Shown: one piece after another, positions 55,069 through 63,770 of the stretch
Numbering within the stretch: the stretch's first letter is position 1
How the letters are laid out: every line of letters begins with the position of its first letter
The notes under the pieces: generated by a model
Told to the model about the DNA's origin: nothing
The model's database searches: none
Seen by the model: the letters and a program-made list of their open reading frames with translations, nothing else
Virus record (IMG/VR): IMGVR_UViG_3300049855_000474
Coordinates: 64,001-128,000 of that record
DNA: 64,000 bases
Source: a virus
Strand: one strand, 5' to 3'
Translations under genes and position numbers: made by a program

Positions 55069-55776
55069 TTGGTCCAAATGAACGAAGTTCAACAATTACG
55101 AGACAAAGGACCCGAGGTCGCCAGCTTCGTTAATTTTCTAGAGAACAAGGGCGTCAGGTTCGGTAAAAAATCAGATATTTGGTGGATGCGTTTGGTAGGC
55201 ATGTTTATGCCAGACTTCATGCTATACGTAACCACAACAATAGGGAATACCATTTACTTGCCCAAGGACTTTACCAAGGGTCGAAGTAAAACAATAATAC
55301 TATCTACATTGGCGCATGAGTATGTACATATAGTAGATTACCGCAGAAATAAGCTATTCCTGATATCCTATCTATTCCCACAACTGCTTGCTGCTTTCAG
55401 CGTTTTAGCTGTCTTCGGTGCCTTCTATCAACCAATGTACTATTTCGCAGCTGCTTTAATATTTCTATTGCCTCTACCAAGCCCTTTCCGTGTGTATTGG
55501 GAACTACGAGGCTACACCATGAGTATGGCTGTAGAAATCTGGAGGAATAGACACCTATCCCCCGATACGTATAACAATGTAAGCCTCAGTCTTCGAGGTA
55601 TCACGTATTGGCACTATATTAGCAAAGCAGCCCTACATCGAAAGCTAAGCAAGCAGCTGCGGAAAATCGAAAATAGCGACATACTAGAGAGTCAACCTTT
55701 TTCCGAGGTTCAGCTGTTCCTACTAAGCCACCGGGTAGTGCTTAGTGGATCTATACCTCCACCCAAACGTAAATGA
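55069..55776 (+). CDS. Membrane-associated HExxH metallopeptidase-like protein
   Basis: TTIGNTIY...LAHEYVH, two hydrophobic helices, WELRGY. Confidence 0.65.
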   Translation: MVQMNEVQQLRDKGPEVASFVNFLENKGVRFGKKSDIWWMRLVGMFMPDFMLYVTTTIGNTIYLPKDFTKGRSKTIILSTLAHEYVHIVDYRRNKLFLISYLFPQLLAAFSVLAVFGAFYQPMYYFAAALIFLLPLPSPFRVYWELRGYTMSMAVEIWRNRHLSPDTYNNVSLSLRGITYWHYISKAALHRKLSKQLRKIENSDILESQPFSEVQLFLLSHRVVLSGSIPPPKRK

Positions 55777-56591
55777 AACTCACCACCGACGAAGCTAAAA
55801 GAATAAAAGCAGTACTAGACGACCTACTGAGCAAGTCGAATGCTCTACGTGAGCACGCAAGAGACAAAGACCCTGTAGGACTGATATACAAGTACGCTAA
55901 TAAAGAAGACCAGGAAGCTGCTGCTTTCATTGCTTCGACGCTGTCTTACGGGAAGCAAGACACTTTTCGACCTATCATAGCTCGGATATTGAACCAAATG
56001 GGGGATTCCCCAGTAGATTTTATTACAGATGTTCTAGTAGAAGACCTGGAAGACAAGTTCAGTTGGTTCCAATACCGTTTCAATAAGCCTGTAGATATTG
56101 CTTGTCTTATCCTAGCACTACGTGGCGTGTACGAAACGGGGTTTACACTAGAGAATCTATTCAAGAGTGGTTATGAGGATAACAATAGCTTCCAAGAAGG
56201 GTGTTCATACCTAACAAAAGCACTAAAGAAGGACTGGTACGTTCACGCGTATGCAGGAATACATGAACATGAGTTGAAAGGATTCCAGTATCTTATACCA
56301 AGCCCCCAAGCAGGCAGTGCCTGTAAGCGGTTATGTATGTTCCTTCGGTGGATGATTCGACAGGATGACATTGATGTAGGTAACTGGACAGATATTCCTA
56401 CAAAAGACCTAATAATTCCACTGGACACGCATGTAGCTAGAATCAGCAAGGATCTAGGACTCACAAATAAAAGTGGGGGAACCTGGAAGGTTGCTGAGGA
56501 TATCACGGACAGTCTTCGACAGTTGAATCCAGATGACCCGTTGGTCTACGATTTCCCTATCTGTACAGCTGGTATACAAGGGCAACTGTAA
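55773..56591 (+). CDS. TIGR02757 / DUF2400 family (HhH-GPD-like) protein
   Basis: KDPV...DQEAAAF...LSYG, SACKRLCMFLRWMIR, IPLDTHVARI, DPLVYDF. Confidence 0.88.
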   Translation: MKLTTDEAKRIKAVLDDLLSKSNALREHARDKDPVGLIYKYANKEDQEAAAFIASTLSYGKQDTFRPIIARILNQMGDSPVDFITDVLVEDLEDKFSWFQYRFNKPVDIACLILALRGVYETGFTLENLFKSGYEDNNSFQEGCSYLTKALKKDWYVHAYAGIHEHELKGFQYLIPSPQAGSACKRLCMFLRWMIRQDDIDVGNWTDIPTKDLIIPLDTHVARISKDLGLTNKSGGTWKVAEDITDSLRQLNPDDPLVYDFPICTAGIQGQL

Positions 56592-56619
56592 ATTCTATCA
56601 GAAGCTGTAAAAGCTTGAG

Positions 56620-56871
56620 ATGCTAAATAAGCATTCTACAAGCTCGCTGAAAGCAGAAGAGCTGATCTCCAAAATCCAAATCGATTTCGGGATGGAACGC
56701 GATCAAGTTCTTCTATTCATGGCGGAGGCTTTAGCCATAGCGGTCTTGGGTACAACTCAGGTCATGCTGATCCAGATGTTCTCTAAGCAAAGTAACCGTC
56801 TGCACTACAGGCGTCTGCGTTCTGTTTTGGACACACTGGAAAAACTAGGATTTCTCAACTTCAGGGATTAA
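56620..56871 (+). CDS. Small hypothetical protein
   Basis: 83 aa; TGTAAA 8 nt upstream. Confidence 0.5.
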   Translation: MLNKHSTSSLKAEELISKIQIDFGMERDQVLLFMAEALAIAVLGTTQVMLIQMFSKQSNRLHYRRLRSVLDTLEKLGFLNFRD

Positions 56872-56873
56872 AG

Positions 56874-57332
56874 ATGCTAACTCTCAGTACAGTGCTACGA
56901 GCAACTAATCCAGACTATGTAAGGCAAGCTAGCAAATATCGGGCTGAATATTTCAAGATAGATAATGCCAAGGATAGTCACGGGTCTCATGTCAGAGTAG
57001 CCAGCGTCATAGAAGGAGGTTCAAAGCCAAGAAAAGCTACTATTAAGTGCTACGACGCCAAGATTTCTCCAAGCTCACCTTGTATGGTAAGTTGTTCTTG
57101 TGACCTATTTCAATACAAATTGGAGATTGCGTTAGCTGCACGTGGCTCTGCCAAGGTTGATCGAGCAGAAGCTAGAATGCCTATGAAGACCAATCCACAA
57201 ATGCTCCCTGGTCTCTGCCCTCATTTAGCTTACCTGGTTAAGTTAGCTCTATCCTCCGACACAGCTAAGCAAGCAACTATAAAACAATCAGTAAAACCCA
57301 AGATAAGCCCCAAACTAAAGAAGGGCAGGTAA
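56874..57332 (+). CDS. SWIM zinc-finger protein
   Basis: VSCSCDLFQY...NP...PGLCPHL. Confidence 0.7.
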   Translation: MLTLSTVLRATNPDYVRQASKYRAEYFKIDNAKDSHGSHVRVASVIEGGSKPRKATIKCYDAKISPSSPCMVSCSCDLFQYKLEIALAARGSAKVDRAEARMPMKTNPQMLPGLCPHLAYLVKLALSSDTAKQATIKQSVKPKISPKLKKGR

Positions 57333-57335
57333 ACC

Positions 57336-58664
57336 TTGTCTTATTTCGAAGAACTTACAAAAGCAAATGACGCCGAAACGCTGCGTCAAGAAGAATTGTT
57401 TCCCTTATTTGCCAGAACTCATCGATTACTTAAGGAGTGTCTGAGAGCGCTGGTCCAGGAAAACTCTATAGTTCAGTTTGCTATTATCGATTTGGGTGCG
57501 GAGATTGCTGCAAACATCGATAGAAATAAGGCAATATTTACTAGGAGTATCGATTATAATAATAAAGATGATCTAGTAGATACAGTTGCTGATAAGAGTA
57601 AACAACAAGCAGAGATGCTTTGTCGCTGCATGGACCTGCAACAGGCAATGTCACGTAAAGATAAAGCTAAACAAGCTAAAATAGTCGAGAATACACAGAT
57701 TTCCAGATTAGTATTCGAAACAGTAATAACAGAATGGCTTAATGCAGTCAAGCACTATAACAAGCTAGTATTAAGTTATGTCAGAGCTAATTTAGATGAA
57801 AACTTGGACAAAAAGATAGAGCTAGCTGCCGCAATCTATCGTCTTGAAAAACTTTACGACTTAGATACGATATCAGGTTATGGAACTATAGCTTTCGTTA
57901 GTAAACGAATGGAGGCTATCAGGTACATATATAATAGAATAAGTAAGGCATATGCAAGAGTAGTACTGAAAATGGCACGCAGTCAAGCGGTGTCCATAGA
58001 TTACGTACTCGATAGCTATCAGGATGGGAATTGTGGACTTCTAAGAGCCATATCTTCCTATGATCATATGAGCAATGCTAGATTTCCAGGTTATGCTAAA
58101 TGGTGGATCCGGCAACGAATGCTATTCTGCATGAAGGAAAATGCGAATGTAATAAAAGTATCAAGTAATACTTGGCAGCATTATGCAAAGCTAGAATCAG
58201 TACGTATTAAAATAGAAAGCGCTAATGGTCCTGTTAGTACAGAGGAATTAGCAGAAGCTTCCGGATATGCAGAGTCTCATGTAGAAAGCATATACAATTC
58301 TATCAAAACAAGTCAAGTAAAATCCCTAGAATACCATCTAAGTTCTGAGGGATTTACTTTGATGGCGGTAGCTTCTGGTTGTTCCGATGAACCACTTATA
58401 GTGGAAGACTCTCTGGCTGCATACGAGGAAACACTTGCTTTAGAAGAGCAAACTTCACCTGAAGAACAAAACGAAAGAAATGTAGAAAGCCTACTAGGCA
58501 GAATTCCCTCCAGACTGAAAAGACTGATTTGTCTGCAGTACGGGTTGATTGATAGAATAGATCAGAATATCGACCCCGATCGAATTACCATTGAGAAGCT
58601 GAGACAGCGGTTAGCAGCAACGAAATCCAAAGATCATGTAAATGAGATCTCAGTCAAGTCATAG
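57336..58664 (+). CDS. Sigma70-family RNA polymerase sigma factor
   Basis: Region 2: DSYQDGNCGLLRAISSYD...RFPGYAKWWIRQ; region 3: STEELAEASG...SLE; region 4.1: LICLQYGL. Confidence 0.85.
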   Translation: MSYFEELTKANDAETLRQEELFPLFARTHRLLKECLRALVQENSIVQFAIIDLGAEIAANIDRNKAIFTRSIDYNNKDDLVDTVADKSKQQAEMLCRCMDLQQAMSRKDKAKQAKIVENTQISRLVFETVITEWLNAVKHYNKLVLSYVRANLDENLDKKIELAAAIYRLEKLYDLDTISGYGTIAFVSKRMEAIRYIYNRISKAYARVVLKMARSQAVSIDYVLDSYQDGNCGLLRAISSYDHMSNARFPGYAKWWIRQRMLFCMKENANVIKVSSNTWQHYAKLESVRIKIESANGPVSTEELAEASGYAESHVESIYNSIKTSQVKSLEYHLSSEGFTLMAVASGCSDEPLIVEDSLAAYEETLALEEQTSPEEQNERNVESLLGRIPSRLKRLICLQYGLIDRIDQNIDPDRITIEKLRQRLAATKSKDHVNEISVKS

Positions 58665-58730
58665 CCTAGTTATCTAAGTATAGGGCGCATCGGCTTAGCC
58701 AAATCAGCCCACAACAAAAGGAAATATCAA

Positions 58731-59735
58731 ATGAAAAGCCTCGACGAAATCAACCCACGCACTAATGACATTAAATGGAAAGACCAAGTTCTCTGGGCTG
58801 AGATGCCTAAGATCGAAACATGGTACCAGTTCCGAATCGTGGGAGGCGTATTCACCTACGCCCAGCATTGGCTCAAGTTCGTAACCAAGCAGGGGAAGGA
58901 AACAAGTTTCCCTGTCGATTGCTTGGCTTGGTCGAATGACCTTGAAGCTGTCGACCCTGCCACTGCCCACACCTGCCCTGGTTGCCAGGCTGGTATCAAG
59001 CCTGCTATCAAGTACATGTTCAATGTTATTGATCGTGCTGCTCAGGGTCGTGGGGATGCCGGTTATGTCAAGGGTTTTGAGTTGCCACCTACGGCAATGA
59101 AGAAGATTCTTGATCTCCGAAATCTTAATATGGTGCAAGGACGTCCTTTCAGCGTTGCACATCCAGATCACGGATGTGACTTGTACATCCAGAAGTGTGT
59201 GATTCCAGGCAAGAAGGGTCATGACTGGCAGTTCCAAAAGGGAGATCGCTCGGTGATGTCCCCCGAGGAACGCGCAGCAGAAATCTTCGAGTTTGATACG
59301 ATCTATGCTCCTGGAGATGCAAATAATGCTCGAATGAGCCTTATCCGTGCTGGATATTTGGGCAATACCGAGAATAGCAACAATCCAGGAAACTCCGGTG
59401 GTCCGGGATCGACGCCTACAGGCGCGCAGATGCCCCCATCCGGGGCGCAGATGCCACCTTCAGGTTCGCAGATGCCTCCTACACAGAACACAGCAGCTTC
59501 CACCAGTAATCCTATCGGATTTCAGACACCTGCCCAGCAGCATGTCCAGCTTCCTGTGACCAACAACCCACCACCTGCTACTCAAATGGCAACTGGTAGT
59601 TTAGGTCGTCCGCCAGCTGATACGCAAGGTCAGACTGAGCGTCCTCAGTGTTTCGGTGGATTCTTGGGTGCCATGGAATGCATCAAATGCGTTCATAAGC
59701 CCCAGTGCCTACAGGTCACAAGCGAACGCTCGTAA
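58731..59735 (+). CDS. Single-stranded DNA-binding protein (gp32-like) with low-complexity linker and Cys-rich tail
   Basis: QHW, C...CPGC, YMFNVIDR, HPDHGCDL; located in the replication/recombination cluster. Confidence 0.65.
   Translation: MKSLDEINPRTNDIKWKDQVLWAEMPKIETWYQFRIVGGVFTYAQHWLKFVTKQGKETSFPVDCLAWSNDLEAVDPATAHTCPGCQAGIKPAIKYMFNVIDRAAQGRGDAGYVKGFELPPTAMKKILDLRNLNMVQGRPFSVAHPDHGCDLYIQKCVIPGKKGHDWQFQKGDRSVMSPEERAAEIFEFDTIYAPGDANNARMSLIRAGYLGNTENSNNPGNSGGPGSTPTGAQMPPSGAQMPPSGSQMPPTQNTAASTSNPIGFQTPAQQHVQLPVTNNPPPATQMATGSLGRPPADTQGQTERPQCFGGFLGAMECIKCVHKPQCLQVTSERS
59421..59480 (+). repeat. Three imperfect 21-nt coding repeats (GAQMPPS)
   Basis: GAQMPPS-GAQMPPS-GSQMPP. Confidence 0.8.
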
Positions 59736-59776
59736 GCTACCAGCAAAGAGCCTGATAAGTGTAAAAGCTCTCTTTA

Positions 59777-60094
59777 ATGAGAAAAGTTACACCAAAACAG
59801 GCTCTTGAGCTAATTATCAACAAAAAACGAGTAGTTATACTCCTAGAAAAGTCTGACGAACCCTTGTGCAAGAGGGCTCGCCAGACTTTTTTGGTATCAA
59901 GGCTTCGCATAAGGCAACTAGGGTATTCCGTATATGCTGTAGAAGTAAATGAAGAAAGTTCAAAATACAAAGAGTTGGCATGCGTGCGCGTGCCGCAAAC
60001 TAGACTTTTTGTAAACCAAGAGATGGTTCAAAAGCAGGTAGGCGTGCCGTCAGAGCAATTTATAGCCGACCTTCTTACGGAGAAGTTTGAGTGA
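59777..60094 (+). CDS. Thioredoxin-fold protein lacking CxxC
   Basis: RVVILL...DEPLCK, YAVEVNE, VRVPQTRLFVNQE...VG. Confidence 0.6.
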   Translation: MRKVTPKQALELIINKKRVVILLEKSDEPLCKRARQTFLVSRLRIRQLGYSVYAVEVNEESSKYKELACVRVPQTRLFVNQEMVQKQVGVPSEQFIADLLTEKFE

Positions 60095-61899
60095 AGACTA
60101 AACCGATAGCAGAGAAACGAAAAATAGTCGTGATAACAGAATCACGGGCTAAGTCTAAGAAATTGCAAGAATTGACGACAGAAGTCTCTAAACATAACTG
60201 GAAGTTTTTTGAAGTTACAAAGGAGATGTTTAGTCTACCAAAGACAGGTGCTTGGATAGATGAATTCCTCGACCCTGTCTGGAATGTTGATAAGTCTATA
60301 CATAATATAAAAACTTCACTATTAGCAGCGGATGATGCTTACATTTGCACAGATATAGATGCAGAAGGTGAGGCTTTAGCCTACAAGCTACAAGATATTA
60401 TCCTCAAGCATTCCGAAGCTAGGTCTAGAAGAATAGTAATCGACGAGATTACACAAACTAACCTCACGATAGCACTAGGTGCAGCGAGCGTTGTGGATGA
60501 GGCTCTGGCTAAGTCACATTCCGCAAGATTAGTAATAACCAAGCTGCTTATAGAACCTCTGAAGGTCTATATAAAAAGAGCAGGAAAGCTAGTCGATACT
60601 AAAGGACATAGCTTAGAATACAGCCTAACAATTTTCCCGTTATTAGCAGAAATTGTAAGAAACGAAAGAGCCCGGCGAACTTTCATTCCTCAAAAACTGT
60701 ACTACGTCGACTGTGAAATATGCAAAGGCAAAGCAAAAGCGACATCTTTGGCTTATACCACAAAAGAAAGTGCTTTTCAATTAATTGATCGTATTAGAAA
60801 CCTAGAGCAGGGAGAGCTTCTTGAGATAGATTACTCAGAAAAATCCGAGGAAATCAAGGCATCGTCCCCAGCAACAACCAGTATCCTATTCAGGGATATG
60901 ATTCTAAGAGGATGGAAGCCAGCAGAAGTAATCCAAGCAGCAAGGATACTTTACGACAATGGATTTATTACCTATTTCAAGACCAATAGAAAGTCATTGA
61001 ATCGTAGATTCGCTGAAAAGCTGTGGGCGTATGCTAGAGCACAAAAGTTTCAGGTACGAGAAAGCCCCAAGAACTATCTAGAGCCTGGATACGGCGAAGT
61101 AATTAGACCCACTAGCTTCCTAGCTCCAGAGGAATTGTTATACGAAGATAAAATCATCAAGGATTTATACGAAATTGTTTGGTTTCGAACACTGAATACC
61201 CAGCTGCTACCTTCTAGAATAAAGAAACAGGCGGTAGATTACATAACAGAAGACGGCTACACGACCCTGCTACAAGCAGAAGGTACGGTGGTGGAGTTTC
61301 TCGGAACTAACCCCCCAGAGGCAATTCAACAGTTAGATACTAAAACACTCCATCGGCTAGGAGACATGACTATCCGAGAGGAGATGTCTAAACCACCAGC
61401 CCGATACACTATAGCAGGTTTGATTAAATGGCTAGACGAGAAAGCTATTGGTAGAGCTGAGAACTACGAAGAAGTATTGGAACAGCTCATAGATAACAGA
61501 TTTGCACAGGAAGACGAGAAAGGAGAGATGGTTTTAACAGATCGTGGTGAACTTATACACTCCACTATAGCCAATCTTTCTGATGACATTAGTGATCCTT
61601 CTTTCTGTGCACAATTCGAAGAAGACCTAGAAGCGATAGCTTCAAGGAAAGCCGAATATGCAGATATCGTGATTGAATACAGTAATTGGATTAAGTCATT
61701 ACGAATGACAGTTTCTAAATACGAGGCGCCTTACCCAGAGAGTTGCCCACAGTGTCTGGCTCCCCTGCGGGGGATGATGGACATTAAACGTATAAACCCT
61801 TATGTGAAGTGTAAAGCCTGTAGTTGGTGGAACTTCATAACCTTCGATGCTGAAGGCAATATCATACTAAGCCCAAATTTCCAGAAAAGTAAAGAATAA
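60091..61899 (+). CDS. topA: Highly divergent type IA DNA topoisomerase
   Basis: ITESRAKS, CTDIDAEGEAL, GFITY, IRPT, PPARYT, LTDRG, C-terminal Zn ribbon. Confidence 0.8.
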   Translation: MKTKPIAEKRKIVVITESRAKSKKLQELTTEVSKHNWKFFEVTKEMFSLPKTGAWIDEFLDPVWNVDKSIHNIKTSLLAADDAYICTDIDAEGEALAYKLQDIILKHSEARSRRIVIDEITQTNLTIALGAASVVDEALAKSHSARLVITKLLIEPLKVYIKRAGKLVDTKGHSLEYSLTIFPLLAEIVRNERARRTFIPQKLYYVDCEICKGKAKATSLAYTTKESAFQLIDRIRNLEQGELLEIDYSEKSEEIKASSPATTSILFRDMILRGWKPAEVIQAARILYDNGFITYFKTNRKSLNRRFAEKLWAYARAQKFQVRESPKNYLEPGYGEVIRPTSFLAPEELLYEDKIIKDLYEIVWFRTLNTQLLPSRIKKQAVDYITEDGYTTLLQAEGTVVEFLGTNPPEAIQQLDTKTLHRLGDMTIREEMSKPPARYTIAGLIKWLDEKAIGRAENYEEVLEQLIDNRFAQEDEKGEMVLTDRGELIHSTIANLSDDISDPSFCAQFEEDLEAIASRKAEYADIVIEYSNWIKSLRMTVSKYEAPYPESCPQCLAPLRGMMDIKRINPYVKCKACSWWNFITFDAEGNIILSPNFQKSKE

Positions 61900-61912
61900 A
61901 GGACATAAACAC

Positions 61913-63178
61913 ATGGCAGCCAAAGAAAAAGTAGACAAGAAATCCCTACAACTCACTAACGTAAACCCAATAGAGTTGGCTGCAAGAGCAGCGGAAATTG
62001 GGTTGCAGCTAGATAACCCACCGGTTAACCTTGACCGGGGGCGCTTCGTAACAGGAACTGTGAGCTTCGGGTCACTATCTCTTGACCTCCTAACAGGAGG
62101 CGGCTTACCTCCAGGTAAGATAGTTGATGTCTACGGACCAGAATCCAGTGGTAAGTCAACATTAACTTACCACGTCCTAGGTAACTGCATGCGTGAAACC
62201 CATCCCGGTGCCAATAATGCAATACCTACATTTTTATATGACCATGAAGCGGGAAGTGATGGCAAGTACCTGGGTGCCGTTGGTGTTAAAATTCGTCTAG
62301 CTGACGGATCTAAAAATCCAATGTTCAATTATTTCCAGCCTACTACAGGCGAGTCTACATATCGTCATATGAATCGTATCTTGGATATTCTACCAGACTA
62401 CAACGGAGGACTGGAGGGCAGACCTCGACCTACAGTAGTTTTTGCTGTGGATAGCTTGGCAGCAATGCTACCCGAGGATCTCAACAACGCCGACGACAAG
62501 AATCCTATGGGAAGCCAAGCCAAATTGCATGGCGAAGGTATGCAACTTATCAAGTCAAAGCTTGGTAGGAAAAATGCGACAATGCTTTGTACTAACCAGA
62601 TTCGAGAGAAGCCTGGGGTTATGTATGGAAACCCAGAGTATGAGCCGGGAGGGCAAGCTGTCCGTTTCTACCCCGATCTTAAAATCAGGATTCAAGGGGT
62701 AGGAAAGCCGTTCACTGAACGTGGTCGCCAAATGAGGTTCCTGACGGTACGCACCATTAAAAACAAGCAGTTTGTGCCCTTCCTGGAACTTAAGGAAGTT
62801 TTGGCGGTGGCTCATGGTCACGGTTTCGACCGTGGATACGACAGCCTAGGCTACCTACAGATGACAAACCAAGTTACCCAAGGCGGAGGAGGGTATTACA
62901 CTCTCAATATGCCAAATACTCACTGGGATGGACAGAAGTTCCGCAAAGATCCTTTGATGGAATTGTGCCACAAAAATGTATTCCGGTCGTACTTGCGCTC
63001 GCAGATTGAAGAAGGAACTGCCTTTGATATGTATTTTGCTTCCCAGAACTGGGAAGACATGTACAAAGCGGATGAAGAGGACGCCGGTACAGGTTTGGCG
63101 CCAGAAGAAACTGGACCAGCAGAGCAGAGTCTGCTAATGAAAGAGACTAACCTAACAGAGACCGTTTTACAAGAGTAA
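61913..63178 (+). CDS. recA: RecA/UvsX recombinase
   Basis: SLDLLTGGGLP, YGPESSGKST, VDSLAAM, NQIREKPGVMYGNPE..PGGQAVRFY, KNK. Confidence 0.93.
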   Translation: MAAKEKVDKKSLQLTNVNPIELAARAAEIGLQLDNPPVNLDRGRFVTGTVSFGSLSLDLLTGGGLPPGKIVDVYGPESSGKSTLTYHVLGNCMRETHPGANNAIPTFLYDHEAGSDGKYLGAVGVKIRLADGSKNPMFNYFQPTTGESTYRHMNRILDILPDYNGGLEGRPRPTVVFAVDSLAAMLPEDLNNADDKNPMGSQAKLHGEGMQLIKSKLGRKNATMLCTNQIREKPGVMYGNPEYEPGGQAVRFYPDLKIRIQGVGKPFTERGRQMRFLTVRTIKNKQFVPFLELKEVLAVAHGHGFDRGYDSLGYLQMTNQVTQGGGGYYTLNMPNTHWDGQKFRKDPLMELCHKNVFRSYLRSQIEEGTAFDMYFASQNWEDMYKADEEDAGTGLAPEETGPAEQSLLMKETNLTETVLQE

Positions 63179-63180
63179 TT

Positions 63181-63276
63181 ATGACCCAGCATGATCGCAA
63201 CAAATCTTTCAATAAAGCAATACTAGGAGCAGCTCTCCTGCTCGCGGTTACTATCTGGAGGACAACATCATGCTGA
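63181..63276 (+). CDS. 31-aa hydrophobic peptide
   Basis: MTQHDRNKSFNKAILGAALLLAVTIWRTTSC fills the gap between recA and the next gene. Confidence 0.35.
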   Translation: MTQHDRNKSFNKAILGAALLLAVTIWRTTSC

Positions 63277-63770
63277 TTATAATGGATATTGACGGTACGC
63301 TAGCAGACGATAGACATCGATACAATTACCTGGAAAACTCCGATCTTGTTAGTTTTTTCGAAAATTCTGATGAAGACGGGGTAAATAAGCCGGGTTTTGA
63401 TTGTCTAGAAGAGTTGCTTGCTAATAACAATGGTAGCAAACCGATCACAGCAGCCTTGACAGCACGCCCTAGTAGGTACACAAACCACCAGGGCGTGCAG
63501 GTCGATTACAAGAAAAGAACAAAGTTATGGTTAGCGCACCACGGTCTTAGGATCGACGAAATAAACATGCATAATCCGTCAAGTAAAAAGGACGGTCAGC
63601 AAGAAAAGCTGGATAGATTTGTAGATATCGTCCTAGAACACATGGAAGAACGAGTAATCCACTACCTAGAAAACGATGAATATATTGCGTATGCAGCCAA
63701 AGAACGCTGCCCAACTACCCATGTCTATCTAATTACGTACCACGGATATCATGAAATACACACCACCTAA
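63270..63770 (+). CDS. HAD-family phosphatase (PNKP 3'-phosphatase-like)
   Basis: MDIDGTLAD, LTARP, TKLWL, EK, LEND. Confidence 0.75.
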   Translation: MLIIMDIDGTLADDRHRYNYLENSDLVSFFENSDEDGVNKPGFDCLEELLANNNGSKPITAALTARPSRYTNHQGVQVDYKKRTKLWLAHHGLRIDEINMHNPSSKKDGQQEKLDRFVDIVLEHMEERVIHYLENDEYIAYAAKERCPTTHVYLITYHGYHEIHTT

